Shown piece after piece: positions 10,234 through 22,092 of a DNA stretch of 64,000 bases; within the stretch, counting starts at the first letter, position 1, and every line of letters begins with the position of its first letter. This DNA comes from a virus. The DNA lies in IMG/VR virus record IMGVR_UViG_3300035661_000045, positions 1 to 64,000 of that record. One strand, 5' to 3'. A program made the translations under genes and the position numbers. Under the pieces are notes generated by a model. The model had not been told where the DNA came from, searched no databases, and saw only the letters and a list, made by a program, of their open reading frames with translations.

Positions 10234-11121
10234 ATGGCAAAGAGTAATGAAGTCGAAGATGTGGAATTAGTTTCATGTCTACGCAATGAAAAAGTGGTGA
10301 TTAAATTTGCACCACGACCAAATAACAATATTACCGATCCTAAACATGAGGTTTATGGTGGAATGGCAAATGGCGCTGTAAGGATTTTTACAGTTCAGAT
10401 GCAAAGAAATTTTCAATTAACTAATCCATTGACAGATTCTGAGAAAGCATTCTTAGAAGAATATATGGGCATGGAAAAAAATGCATTATCAATTTATAAA
10501 AAAGTTGATAATTTTTGGCGTAATCAAAAAGTTATATTGAGTAAATCTAATACATATTTAGATTTATCAATTCCAGAAGATTACATTAAATACAAAATTT
10601 TACTTACAAATAAAGATTTAATTTGTCCATCATTAAAAGAATTTACAAATGCTCGTAAGGAAACTTATCAGTTCTATATGGTAAATGAAGATGAGGAGAT
10701 GAAGCAAAATAATACAAGCATGACATCTAAAATGGAAGCTATGCTTGAACTTGGAAAAATTCTTGAGAATAAACAACTACTTAAATTCGTTGTAGAGTCT
10801 ATTACCGGTCGTGGTCTTTCTAAAGCATCTAAGCTTGATATGATTCAATCAGAAGCATTTAAGATTGTTGAGGCTAATCCCAAGTCATTCTTAGGTGCTG
10901 TAAAAGACCCTAATTTAAAAACCAAGGTATTGTTATCAGAATGTGTAGAAAATGGTATTGTAGTCATTAGAAGTGGGTTATATTATACTCAAGATGGTCA
11001 ACCATTATGTGAAAACAATGAAGACTCTAACTTATCATTTGCAGTAAAATATTTAAATAGTCCAAAGCGACAAGAAGTTCGTATGACACTTGAAGCTAAA
11101 CTTAAATCTAAAAAAGAATAA
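10234..11121 (+). CDS. conserved crAss-like protein encoded after MCP, function unknown
   Basis: 295-aa intact ORF with VSCLRNEKV and YLDLSIPEDYIKYKILL, in the syntenic position. Confidence 0.6.
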   Translation: MAKSNEVEDVELVSCLRNEKVVIKFAPRPNNNITDPKHEVYGGMANGAVRIFTVQMQRNFQLTNPLTDSEKAFLEEYMGMEKNALSIYKKVDNFWRNQKVILSKSNTYLDLSIPEDYIKYKILLTNKDLICPSLKEFTNARKETYQFYMVNEDEEMKQNNTSMTSKMEAMLELGKILENKQLLKFVVESITGRGLSKASKLDMIQSEAFKIVEANPKSFLGAVKDPNLKTKVLLSECVENGIVVIRSGLYYTQDGQPLCENNEDSNLSFAVKYLNSPKRQEVRMTLEAKLKSKKE

Positions 11122-11126
11122 ATTAA

Positions 11127-11822
11127 ATGGCAAATAACATAGTAATTGATTCAACATGGGTCAGAGACAGATTCAATCTACAATATAATAATATATTCAG
11201 CAATCAAGCTCCTGGTCTTGTAGATTATGAAATTTCTATGTATTTGACTATGGCTCATATAGAAATAATTGATGAATATTCTGCTAACGTAGATTTATTT
11301 GAAAAAAATAGGGCTATACTTACATCATATTTAATAAATGATAAACTACCTGGGACTGTGGCCACTACTAAAGATAGGGGTATAGATTATCAAACATTTG
11401 AATTTACAGAAAATTATTGGAAGATAATGAAAGAGTATGCTATTACAGATTCGAATCCACAAGGCATTCCTATTAAGCCAATAACATATGATGGATTCAA
11501 TACAATGTCCGTTAATCCATATAAAAAACCTAATGGATTAAAAGGTTGGAGATTAGATATAAATGTAGATGACGATGACAAGAGAGATGTAAAGATACTA
11601 TTTAAAAAAATTAGTGATACTGATTATATTAAAATATATGATGTAGTGTATCTTGTAACTCCAAAATCATTTGATTTAGATAATGATTCAATTCCAAATA
11701 ATTTAGATGATAATCCATTTCTTGCAGAAAAAATCATAAATCGCGCTGTAGAATTGGCAACAAGAGACTATCGTGAAAACACATTACAATCACAAGTTCA
11801 GATAAATAAAAGGTCTGAATAA
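11127..11822 (+). CDS. tail ring protein
   Basis: YNNIFSNQAPGL..YEISMYLT.A N-terminus and EKIINRAVELA C-terminus, characteristic of crAss ring proteins. Confidence 0.65.
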   Translation: MANNIVIDSTWVRDRFNLQYNNIFSNQAPGLVDYEISMYLTMAHIEIIDEYSANVDLFEKNRAILTSYLINDKLPGTVATTKDRGIDYQTFEFTENYWKIMKEYAITDSNPQGIPIKPITYDGFNTMSVNPYKKPNGLKGWRLDINVDDDDKRDVKILFKKISDTDYIKIYDVVYLVTPKSFDLDNDSIPNNLDDNPFLAEKIINRAVELATRDYRENTLQSQVQINKRSE

Positions 11823-11848
11823 TATTAATTAAAACCATAAAATAAAAA

Positions 11849-12766
11849 ATGGCGACATTTTCATCAAATTCCGTGCGACATTTATTTGTTGCTAACACTT
11901 TAACTGGCGGAGCCGCTGGTCAGTATGTAACTGCTGGAAAAACTACAGATAATGAATTGTATCTAAAGTTTATCAATGCAAATATTCAAACAGTAGTAAC
12001 ACCATTAATTCCTATTTCAAAAATTAAAAGCGTATCTAGTAAAGCTTATGCTGCGAAAAAATTGCGTTCTGATACAATTACTATTAATACGGCTGTAGCT
12101 GGTCAAACCTATAACATTCGCTTTGTATTTCGTAATTGGGGTAGTGGTTCTGCTGAGAATCAATACTTTAAATATAGTGGAACTTATAAGGCTAAGACTG
12201 GAGATACTACTACTACTATTGCAACTGCATTAACTAATTTAGCTATCACTAATTTTGCTCGTGAAGCAACACCATTATTGACATTTACTTCTAATGGAGC
12301 AGTTATTACTGTGACTGAAATCGCTCAACCATGGGTTAAGGGAAAACAGCAAGGTCGTCCATTAAACTATTATTTCCAATTTGTACCTATTACGGATTCT
12401 ACTGGTTCTGAAAATGTTTCATGGGGAGATGTGGCTTCTGTGTCTAAAGGATATGCTGGTCAGGGAAGTTATCAATTAGCTGCTGACCAAGAATATTTCT
12501 ATCTTGGAGAACGTGGAGATAAATATCGTAATGTTGGATTTCCATACACATTTGATACTACTTATTTAGTAGACTCAAGCAAATTGTATGATACTATTGA
12601 CATTACATATAGCTCTGCTGATTCTGGTGCTGTTGGAGTAGAAAATGACCTTCGTGTTATTACCATTCTTTGCGCTAATGGAACTTCTTCTGCTATTGCA
12701 CAAAAGATTGCTACTGATGTAAACACTATAACTGGTGTAACTACTATTCCTGTAATTCCTGCATAA
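11849..12766 (+). CDS. auxiliary capsid (decoration) protein
   Basis: MATFSSNSVRHLFVA start and EYFYLGERGDKYR.VGFP motif, followed by a terminator. Confidence 0.7.
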   Translation: MATFSSNSVRHLFVANTLTGGAAGQYVTAGKTTDNELYLKFINANIQTVVTPLIPISKIKSVSSKAYAAKKLRSDTITINTAVAGQTYNIRFVFRNWGSGSAENQYFKYSGTYKAKTGDTTTTIATALTNLAITNFAREATPLLTFTSNGAVITVTEIAQPWVKGKQQGRPLNYYFQFVPITDSTGSENVSWGDVASVSKGYAGQGSYQLAADQEYFYLGERGDKYRNVGFPYTFDTTYLVDSSKLYDTIDITYSSADSGAVGVENDLRVITILCANGTSSAIAQKIATDVNTITGVTTIPVIPA

Positions 12767-12775
12767 TAACAACCT

Positions 12776-12806
12776 AAAGGGTGCGGTAAAACACCGTGCC
12801 CTTTTT
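12776..12806 (+). terminator. intrinsic terminator
   Basis: AAAGGGTGCGGT-aaaac-ACCGTGCCCTTTTT. Confidence 0.8.
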
Positions 12807-12817
12807 AATTTTACATC

Positions 12818-13195
12818 ATGGAAGATAAAGAAAAACTTCTGTTAGGTATTGTAAATTGCTTACTTGGTTCATATATTCGTATTAGAGAAATTCATTGGAA
12901 TATTCATACTCAAGCAATACATAATCTAACAAATACACTTATGCCAGAAATAATTGACTATATAGATTCTATTATAGAATTAATGTCTGGTGTAATAGAA
13001 CGTCCTGGATATGATATATTAAAACCTATCATTCCATCGACAAAAGATCTTAAACCAATTTTACAAGCATTGGTTATTAAAATAGAAACCTGTCAAGAAA
13101 TGTTGACAGAATCTGAATATAGAGGAATTAACAAAACATTAGACGATTTAATAGCAGATCTTAATCGATGGTGTTATCTAGCAGATAATTTTTAA
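12818..13195 (+). CDS. ferritin/Dps-like four-helix protein
   Basis: REIHWN....H.L...L...I.DYIDSIIE pattern. Confidence 0.6.
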   Translation: MEDKEKLLLGIVNCLLGSYIRIREIHWNIHTQAIHNLTNTLMPEIIDYIDSIIELMSGVIERPGYDILKPIIPSTKDLKPILQALVIKIETCQEMLTESEYRGINKTLDDLIADLNRWCYLADNF

Positions 13196-13331
13196 AAATT
13201 AAATAAAATATATGGAATGATATATAAACTAAAAAATAAATATTTAGTATGAATATTCAGTCTATTAAATCTAAATATATTATAATATGAAACTATCAAA
13301 ATTGATAATTAAATTTTTAAATAAAATAATA

Positions 13332-13799
13332 ATGGCATTACAAAATAAAAAATTAAGCGAATACGATGATTTGTTATCATCAAATATAGATGCAACTACT
13401 AAATTGGTTGTATTAACTGGATCTACAAAAGTAAATGCAAACCTTCCAGTGACAAATTTTATAGAAGATACATTAACATCTATTAGTCCTTTTAAACCAT
13501 TATCAGCAAATCAAGGAAAGTTACTTCAAGATAATAAAGCTCCAATTTCAAATCCTACTTTTACTGGAATTATTAATGCTAATAGTGCAAAATTCGATCT
13601 TGGTAATACAGGATCTACATTTGCTGTTTGAAATACAGATGCACCCTTATTATCTGTTAATGGAGATACTGGTATTGTAAATCTACGCGCGCCACTTATG
13701 ACCTATCTACAAACATTTTCAGATAATACGGCAGCTGCATCCCTTCCAATAGGAACAGTATATAAAACACCTACCGGTGTTTTAATGATTAAATATTAA
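13332..13799 (+). CDS. short fibre/decoration protein (155 aa, TGA=Trp at 13629)
   Basis: MALQNKKLSEY start, PLSANQGK and KAPISNPTFTG fibre motifs. TGA readthrough adds a FSDNTAAASLPIGTVYKTPTGVLMI C-terminus. Confidence 0.65.
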
Positions 13800-13837
13800 T
13801 TATATTAATATATTATACAACTTTTATTTAAATAAAT

Positions 13838-13868
13838 TTTGTAAATCCAATTATTAGTATTACCTTTG
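13838..13868 (+). promoter_or_regulatory. Bacteroidota promoter upstream of the exonuclease gene
   Basis: TTTG-N19-TACCTTTG. Confidence 0.7.
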
Positions 13869-13944
13869 CCTCAATTTATAATTTAAACGTAAATTATATG
13901 TTGAGGCATTGTTGTAAAATTAGTATTAATATAAAATAAAATAC

Positions 13945-14916
13945 ATGACAAAAGAAGATGTTATTGCGTTTTTCAAAGAAAAACCATATAGCCTAGAAAT
14001 GGGAGTTGGTAAATTATCAAATTGGTTAAAGACAGATGTAGATGTTATTAGAGAAGCACGAGCTACTGTTCGTAAAAATATTAAAGAGTTTGGTACAACG
14101 TATCATCCAAAAGAAGTAGCATTTAAAAAACCAGTTAATATTAAGTTGCCAAAAATACTTATTTTTGACATAGAAACAAGTCCAGCAATTAGTTATCATT
14201 TTGGAATGTTTAATATAAATTTATCATTAGATCAAATTATAGAATATCCAATGATGCTCACGTGGTCTGCTAAATGGTTGTTTTCAGATGAAGTAATGTG
14301 TGATAGAGTAACTGTTGAAGAGGTTTTGTCCAGAGATGACAAACGCATTAGCAAAAGTATTTGGGAATTGATGTGTGAGGCTGATATCGTAGTAGCTCAT
14401 TATGGTGATAGATTTGATATTCCAATGTTGAATTCAAGATTTATTATAAATGGATTTCCACCACCAACTAATTTCACTTCAATAGATACAAAATCTATTG
14501 CTTCTCAAAATTTTAAATTTATATCAAATAAACTTGATGCACTTGCAATATATTTTGGATTTGCAAAAAAACTACATACTGACTTCATGTTATGGCGTAG
14601 ATGTATGGAGGGTGAAGAACTTGCAATACAGGAAATGCTTACATATAATAAAAGAGATGTAACACTTCTTGAAGAAGTTTATCTAAAACTTAGACCATAT
14701 GCAAAAAGACATCCTAATGTTGGTTTGTATATTGAGTCAGAAGAACCTGTTTGTTCTCACTGTGGTAGTAGTCATTTAAAATTAGCATCAGAGTATTATA
14801 CTCAAACGAATAAATATAAAGTATATCGTTGTGATTGTGGAGCTTTAAGCAGAGTTAGACAATCATCTACCGATAAAAAAATAAGACATAACTTAACAAT
14901 AAGTTTAGGAAAATAA
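13945..14916 (+). CDS. DEDD/RNase H-like 3'-5' exonuclease with C-terminal Zn ribbon
   Basis: LIFDIET, HYGDRFDIP, YNKRDV; C-terminal CSHC...CDC. Confidence 0.85.
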   Translation: MTKEDVIAFFKEKPYSLEMGVGKLSNWLKTDVDVIREARATVRKNIKEFGTTYHPKEVAFKKPVNIKLPKILIFDIETSPAISYHFGMFNINLSLDQIIEYPMMLTWSAKWLFSDEVMCDRVTVEEVLSRDDKRISKSIWELMCEADIVVAHYGDRFDIPMLNSRFIINGFPPPTNFTSIDTKSIASQNFKFISNKLDALAIYFGFAKKLHTDFMLWRRCMEGEELAIQEMLTYNKRDVTLLEEVYLKLRPYAKRHPNVGLYIESEEPVCSHCGSSHLKLASEYYTQTNKYKVYRCDCGALSRVRQSSTDKKIRHNLTISLGK

Positions 14917-15701
14917 TGGCAAAAACATATAGCGAAATGGTCTATCTCCTTATGGATGAGGCACATGTATTCTCTGACGATTCAGTTTGAGAAAATGAAC
15001 ATTTCATAGTTATTTTAAATAAAATGCGAAGTTTATTATTTAATCAAAAATACAAAGGCAAAAAGGTAGAAATACCTTTTGCTTGGTATCAGAGATTAAA
15101 TGTTTATTTCGACACTTCTTACAGCGATGGGAGTATATATAAATCATTAAAACAGCTTCCAAATATATTAGACACTACTAATTTATGGCAATATACATTT
15201 GTTCATAATGATGGAATGCGTTCAAATAATCTTAACTTTATAAATCCACAAAGATTTAAAAATGTAGGTTACAATAAATGATTGAAAAATCAAGTTTATA
15301 TAACTATAGACTTAGATAATTATATGTATGCTAAAAGTCCTGGCACTAATCTTGATAATGCAGTACAACTTTTGGGAGAGTCTGATATTACAACATCAGA
15401 TACAAATTATTTATTAACAGGAGAAAATGGTTTAGATCAATTAGTAACAGAAAATTTAGTGGACTCATTTGTTTATTATGATACCATTCTTGATAATCCA
15501 ATAGAAGGGTATAGATTTAATGATGACAATACACTTGACATGTTAAACTTCATATTTCCATGTGAGGAATCATTAATTCAACCAATTATAGACCTATGTC
15601 TAAAAGAAATTGGAGTTACTGATAGTATTCCAAGGGATGTAACAAATAATGCATTTGATGATTTAGGTGCAACAAAACAACAACAACAACAACAAAACTA
15701 A
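14916..15701 (+). CDS. tail ring protein (261 aa, TGA=Trp at 14988 and 15279)
   Basis: Fragments are in one frame. Readthrough gives SDDSV-W-ENEH and VGYNK-W-LKN; FPCEESLI lies near the C-terminus. Confidence 0.7.
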
Positions 15702-16279
15702 TGGAGCAATCACTTGAAGATTATTTTAAAGAGGTTAAGAATGTTCATAGTGATAGAAAACATAAAATAACTGGAAGTCAGAATACAATAGCTGGCTTTC
15801 ATTATTATAGAAAGATTAGACCCAAAGAAAAGTCATTTACATTATTAGATAAAGAATATCTTTCTATCATAAGAGAAATGAACAATCTAGTTGTAGATTA
15901 TCTTATTGAGAATAAATCAATTAGACTTCCATCAGGATTTGGAAAAATTGAGATATGTAAGATAGAAAATAAATCTTGAATAAACGATGATGGAAAATTT
16001 ATTACAAATAAACCTGTAGACATAAATAGTACATTAAAACTATGGTATGAGGATGAGGAATCTAGAATTAATAAAAGTCTTATAAGATTTGACGAAGAAT
16101 ATACTTTTAGAATTAAGTATCCACGAAAGGGAAGATCATATGAATATAATAACTATTTCTCTATACAATTTAATAGACAATTAAGAAAAAAATTATCACT
16201 TGCCATTAATACTGGTAATTATGATACATATTTAAAACAATCAAAATCAAAATGGCTAAAGCAAAATGGACGAATCTAA
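15701..16279 (+). CDS. crAss HU/IHF-like protein (192 aa, TGA=Trp at 15977)
   Basis: IRLPSGFGKIEI motif. Readthrough adds PVD...TLKLWYEDEE and ends at TAA 16279. Confidence 0.65.
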
Positions 16280-16971
16280 AAATCGTCGCAGATAAGATAT
16301 TAAGAGATCCAATTTTCATTGGATTAAATTTCGAAACTATAGTTGATTATTTTATTGACTTTATAACCATTGTTGGAGTTCCAGAATTGTTTGATGAAAA
16401 ATTTACTAATACTGAGATTGCAATTGTAGATTATAGAGCTGTTTTACCAGATGACTTCCTTGAGGAGATTACCGTACAAATAGACCATAAAGTTGCAAGA
16501 ACAGCAACAGATACTTATTTTGGAAATTATAAAGAGTATGAAGATACTAGTCCAAATGAATATTTTCCAGATAAACGATCAGAACCTACATATAAAATTA
16601 AAGGTGGATATATATATTTATCAAAGAAAGAGGGTAATCTTCTTTTAAAATACAAATGTATAGCAACTGAAACTGATACAACTTCTGAGGATTATGGAAT
16701 TCCATTAATGCCAGATGATCCAGTATTCATTCTTGCATTACAATCATACATAGAGGTTCAATTCTTGAAGATGTTATTTAGGGCTGGTAAGATTAATAGT
16801 CAAGTCTTACAAATGGCAAATCAAGATTATGCATGGAATGTAGGTCGATATGAGACTCATAGCAGGCGTTTGACTTATGGGGATATGGAAACACTATCTC
16901 GTCAATTTAAATCCATTCTTACACGTAACAGTGAGTTTAAAACAAGGTTTTCTCACTTAGGTAATCGTTAA
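16252..16971 (+). CDS. tail ring/tubular protein (P22 gp4-like position)
   Basis: Intact 239-aa ORF with YRAVLPDD, GIPLMPDD and YAWNVG, directly before the muzzle gene. Confidence 0.65.
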   Translation: MAKAKWTNLKIVADKILRDPIFIGLNFETIVDYFIDFITIVGVPELFDEKFTNTEIAIVDYRAVLPDDFLEEITVQIDHKVARTATDTYFGNYKEYEDTSPNEYFPDKRSEPTYKIKGGYIYLSKKEGNLLLKYKCIATETDTTSEDYGIPLMPDDPVFILALQSYIEVQFLKMLFRAGKINSQVLQMANQDYAWNVGRYETHSRRLTYGDMETLSRQFKSILTRNSEFKTRFSHLGNR

Positions 16972-16976
16972 TAGCC

Positions 16977-17354
16977 ATGCAAATAAAATCAACCGTTTAT
17001 AAAATTAAAGGAATGAGACGTGATGATTCATACTCAGCCTTTAATTCAGAATTTTCATGAGACAATCACAATATACGACTTACAGCAAGAGATGGTAATG
17101 ATTTTTTGAGTATTACTAATGAAAAAGGTAATTCACAATTATCGTTTAATGAAATAACTCCTATAAAGGAGGTAAATTATTCATATACATCATCTTTGTT
17201 GAATTATTTATTAGAGTCAGTATTAAACTCATATGTATATTCACCTTTATTAACAAACTATATAATGGAACAAACGGAAGGTGGAGTTGGCTTACCAGCA
17301 TATACATATAATAGTTTATTAGAAAATTATTTATTAGAACAAACAAATATATAA
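16977..17354 (+). CDS. N-terminal fragment of muzzle/tail-stabilisation protein fused to NYLLE repeats (125 aa, TGA=Trp at 17058)
   Basis: KGMRRD..YSAFN.EFSWDNHNIRLTARDG..FLSITNEKGN resembles the start of crAss muzzle proteins. Confidence 0.6.
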
Positions 17355-17355
17355 T

Positions 17356-17931
17356 ATGGCATATCAAAATGATGGATATAAAAGATCCATGAAAATACAA
17401 ATAACAAAACATCCTGATAATGGTTCTCCTGATACTATTATAATTGAGGATGGTCAATTAGCGTTTACACATAGTGGAATTACATATATATCATATGCTG
17501 GAAATGATGATGGATTTAGAAGGTTAACTCATACAGAAGCAGATGATGGTGAGTGAGATAATAGACTATATGCATTTAAGCAGTATATTCAAAATAAATA
17601 CTCAATTTCTGATCCTGGATTATATGAATCTATTACAGGACTTCCATATAGAATTAAAGCTCTAAATATATCAATATCAATTTCCGATGTAATAGGACAA
17701 CAGGGATATATTTATGCATATACATCAGATTCAGTTCCAGATACCCTAACTATTAATGTAAAAGGAGCAGATAATTCTAATATAATTATGACAATAGTTT
17801 CTGGTGATAAACAATCTCAAAACGTTCAGTTAACATCAAGTCAAGGTTCTAATGTTATTGACTTATCAAGTCCAACAGTATCTCCGTATGAAACATTAAA
17901 TGCAACTTATTCAGTATCAATAGTTAAATAA
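17356..17931 (+). CDS. hypothetical tail-associated protein (191 aa, TGA=Trp at 17554)
   Basis: Readthrough of TGA 17554 gives an open frame to TAA 17931 that fills the gap. Beta-rich C-terminus. Confidence 0.6.
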
Positions 17932-17935
17932 TAAT

Positions 17936-20900
17936 ATGTCTAATATAATAGGAAAAGCTATTGGAAGTTGTGTTATTAATGAATATTTAATTTTATTTAC
18001 TACTGACAATTCTTCTGATAGAATATACAAAATAAAACCACCCAATGATAGTGGTGTATCTGACATCATTAAATTGGTTGAGTTAAAACTTGGTTTTAAT
18101 GAAAATTATTTAATTCAAACACTTCCATTCTATGAAAACGATAATATTCAAAAAGTTTATTGAATTGATGGGTTAAATCAGCCAAGAGTTATAAATATAG
18201 CAATTGATGATGGTAGAATATTTAATTACACTAATACATCTTTTAACTTCGTTCAGAATCTTGAATTAAATGAAACTTATCAGATAACAAAATTATATAA
18301 CACTGGGTTATTTAAATCTGGTGTTATTCAATATGCAGCAACTTATTTTAATAAGAATGGTTCTGAATCTAATTTATTTTGGATTAGTGACATTAATTAT
18401 ATATCATTTGAAAATAGAGCTGGAAAGATTGATGAAGTTGTTAGAAATGCTTTTAAAATAAGTATAAGTAACCTTGATGATAAATTTGACTATGTTAGAA
18501 TTTATTCTATATATAGGACTTCAGTAGATACAACTCCAGAAGTAAAAAGTGTTATTGATTTAAAAATTCCAGATAATAAATCAATAACTTATGTTGATGG
18601 AGGAACATCTGGATCTATAATATCTACAGATTTCTTATTATATGTTGGAGGAGAGGAATTAATACCTCAATGTATATCTCAGAAAAATAATACATTATTT
18701 CTTGGAAACATATCTTTACCAAATGCAATTACTATTCCATCGACATTACAAACTTATGGAGATGATATTATAGCTACTGGAGTACCAGTTCATAATTCAA
18801 AATTTACTTGGGAAACTAATAATATTGATTTTGAAGGATTGTCAAAACCAACGGGAAACTCAATGTATCCTTATTTACCATTTAATTCAAATATAAAACA
18901 TTTTAAATTTGATGAGACATATAGATTTGGATTACAAGGACAATTCTCTAGTGGCAAGTGATCAACTCCAATATGATTAGGATATGACAATAAGGTAGAT
19001 AAAAGATATTCTACATATTATGATAATAATGGTAGGGTTAAATTGTCATATATAACTGGTAAATATTCTATTGCTGAAAATTTAGTTCAATGAATGTCTA
19101 AGTCGCAACTTGAGGGTGGGCTTGGATTTTCAAAGATTAGACCAGTAATGGTTCCATTAAATTATTCTGATAGAACTATAATTGCTCAAGGTATTGTAAA
19201 TAATACTCTTGGTAATATGCGAAATAGATTTGGGTCTAATAAATTAAACTTACCATTTACATATCCAGATTATTTATTTAGAACAAATGGAAAGCGTAAA
19301 ACATCTTACTTAAATAGCGATGCATATAATGGACAGTATGCTCATTTTGATTTATTAAAATTAAATAACACCTTACAACCAGAGTTGCCATGGAATGATC
19401 CAAATAGATGAATTGAAAATATGGCTAATGGAGATACATGGGATTATCACGATATAAATCATAATGGAACATCTCCAGATGGAAGTGTACAATCAACACC
19501 TTTTGATGGAAAATTTGATAGAGATTTCTTTTTTGTTGATAGAAATATTGTAAATTTTTGGAGTCCAGATTTAATTAATAATACTGATATTTTAAATAGT
19601 TACGTAAAAAATGTTCAATCAGTTGGATTGTATGGATTTGCATTTCAAACAGCATTAAATTCAAATTTTGAAATTGATTTTGGTGATATAACAAATGCTA
19701 CTGGATCTGATCCAATAACTGATCATGAAAATAATTATTATATAGGAAATAATTATCTAAATAATAGATATTGGAAAAGAACATTTCCACTGCTTAAAGG
19801 AGTTCCAGAAAACGATGGTGGATTAAAGGATAAGGATTACATGTGAAATAATATACCAATATGAAGTCCAAAAGATTATGTAATTAGAGTTCCATCAAGA
19901 AATCCAGGAATTGCTCCAGCAGTTTATACAGTTAATTTTACTAAATTAAATAAATCAGGATATAATTATTTTGGATTAAATAGAACTATAAAAAATGATT
20001 TTTCAGATTATAAATATAATATTAATAATCCATATTTAGTATTTAATGATTCGACATTATTTTATAAAAGTAATTCTATTGATAACACATTAAATAATGG
20101 AAGTATATTATACTCTAAATATGTAGAAAAAAATTATCCATCAGATAGTTATTTTAATACAGTAAAATTTTCAGGTAATTCAAATCATCTAGAATTACAA
20201 TATAAATACATAAAGGGTTGAGAAGAAATAACAGACCCCGTTCCAGTGAAACTTGGATTATCAATTAAGTATAATACTAATACTCATGCATTATTTTCTT
20301 TTGGATTAAAGAATAATAAATTTAGTTGTATGCCTAGGTTGCAGAATAATACTCCACTAGATAGTGTATCTTATGAGGATTTTCAAAATCCAGTAAATAC
20401 TGATTGGTATAGGGTTAAGTCTGCTGATTTTAGAACTGATATAATAAGTAGGAATTCGTTAAGTGATCCTATGTCTATCAATGATAATACTAGTCTTAAT
20501 ACATTACCAATATTTGATTTATATAGCAATGTGACTAGTGATACTAGATATGGAGGATTAACTGCTGATGCACTTTATAGTAACACATGAATACCTTGTG
20601 GAGATTCCATTAAAATTGGTGATAATGCTGTAGATTTAAAATATACTATTGGTGATACATATATTAGTAGATTTGATATGCTAAGGGTATTTCCAAATGA
20701 CATATTACAAATACCACAACATACAGAAATAGTTTCATTTATATGTGAATCGTTTACTAATTCAGATGGAAGAAGTGATGTAAATAGATATAATTCTGAT
20801 AGTTCTTTAATGACTACATCTAATTATGGATTATTCAATAATGTATATTCCCAGAAGAATAATTATTTTAGTTATAATATATTAGATCCATTATTATTTA

Positions 20901-22006
20901 ATACGACTAATTTTAGCAATACTATAATTTGGAGTAAAACTAAAATTGCTGGTTCTATAAATGATGCATGGACTAATCTAAATATGCTGAGTTCGATTGA
21001 TTTAGATGGAGTATATGGAGATATATCTTCAATAAATCTATTTAACAACGATTTATATGCATTTCAACCTAAAGGTATAGCTAGACTATTATTTAACGAA
21101 AGAGTTCAACAGCAATCATCTGATGGAGTTTCCGTAGAGCTTACTAATGGTTATAAAGTTCCAGAATATAGATATCTAACAAATCAATATGGATGTAATA
21201 ATAAATGGTCAATAATTGAAGGTAAACAAGGCATTTATTTCATAGATTATATCAATAAATCATTAGTATCTATTGGTAATGGAATTAAAGATTTAGGATT
21301 ATCACTTGGATTTAAATCATGGTTTAACGAGAATACTGATGGAAAAAATTATACTCTATCTTATGATAGAATTAATAATGATATTTATATTCATGATGAA
21401 ACTAATTGTTTAAACTATTCTGAAACTCTTGGAACTTTCGTATCATTCTTTGATTATATTGACATTCCTCAGATGAGGAATGTTTGAGATAACTTTATAT
21501 CATTAAGTTATAGTGATACACAAGGAAATACTACTCAATTATTTTCTGAGGATGATTTAAACAATGTTGTAGATGAGTTTGAAAATAATATAGTGTCTGA
21601 AGATTCTGATTTAAATAGAACTTCTATATGGCTTCATAACAAAGGTGAATATAATATGTTCTATGGTAATCAAAAACCATTTAGCATTGAGTATATATTA
21701 AATCCAGAGCCATTAAATGATAAGGTATTTAATACATTTGAATATAGACTTAATGACCAATTAATTGATTTGAATAATGTTGTAGTATCTAATTGGTATC
21801 AAATTGGTGAATTGAATTCAAATCAATTTAAATCCAATATGAAACGTAAGTTTAATGTTAATAGAGTTCAATTACCAAGACAGAGTAATTCTTTAAATAG
21901 AATACGATCAACATGGTCTAAATTAAAAGTATCTCATGAGATAACTGATATCAATATTAATAATAAATTTGATATGCAAGATTTGAATATCACTTATACT
22001 ATTTAA
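17936..22006 (+). CDS. muzzle / tail stabilisation protein, main part (1356 aa, ~10 TGA=Trp)
   Basis: Six track ORFs share one frame. Readthrough gives KVY-W-IDGLNQPRVINI, TLFLGNI, GK-W-STPI-W-LG and NT-W-IPCG. Confidence 0.85.
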
Positions 22007-22010
22007 AAAT

Positions 22011-22051
22011 ATACCCTTTATATATTAATTTATATAGAGGGTATTTTTTTT
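22011..22051 (+). terminator. intrinsic terminator
   Basis: ATACCCTTTATATA-ttaatt-TATATAGAGGGTAT plus a T-run. Confidence 0.8.
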
Positions 22052-22060
22052 ATTATAAAT

Positions 22061-22092
22061 TTTGGTAATCTCATATATTAATTGTACCTTTG
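22061..22092 (+). promoter_or_regulatory. Bacteroidota promoter for the cargo/vRNAP operon
   Basis: TTTG-N20-TACCTTTG right after the terminator. Confidence 0.75.
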
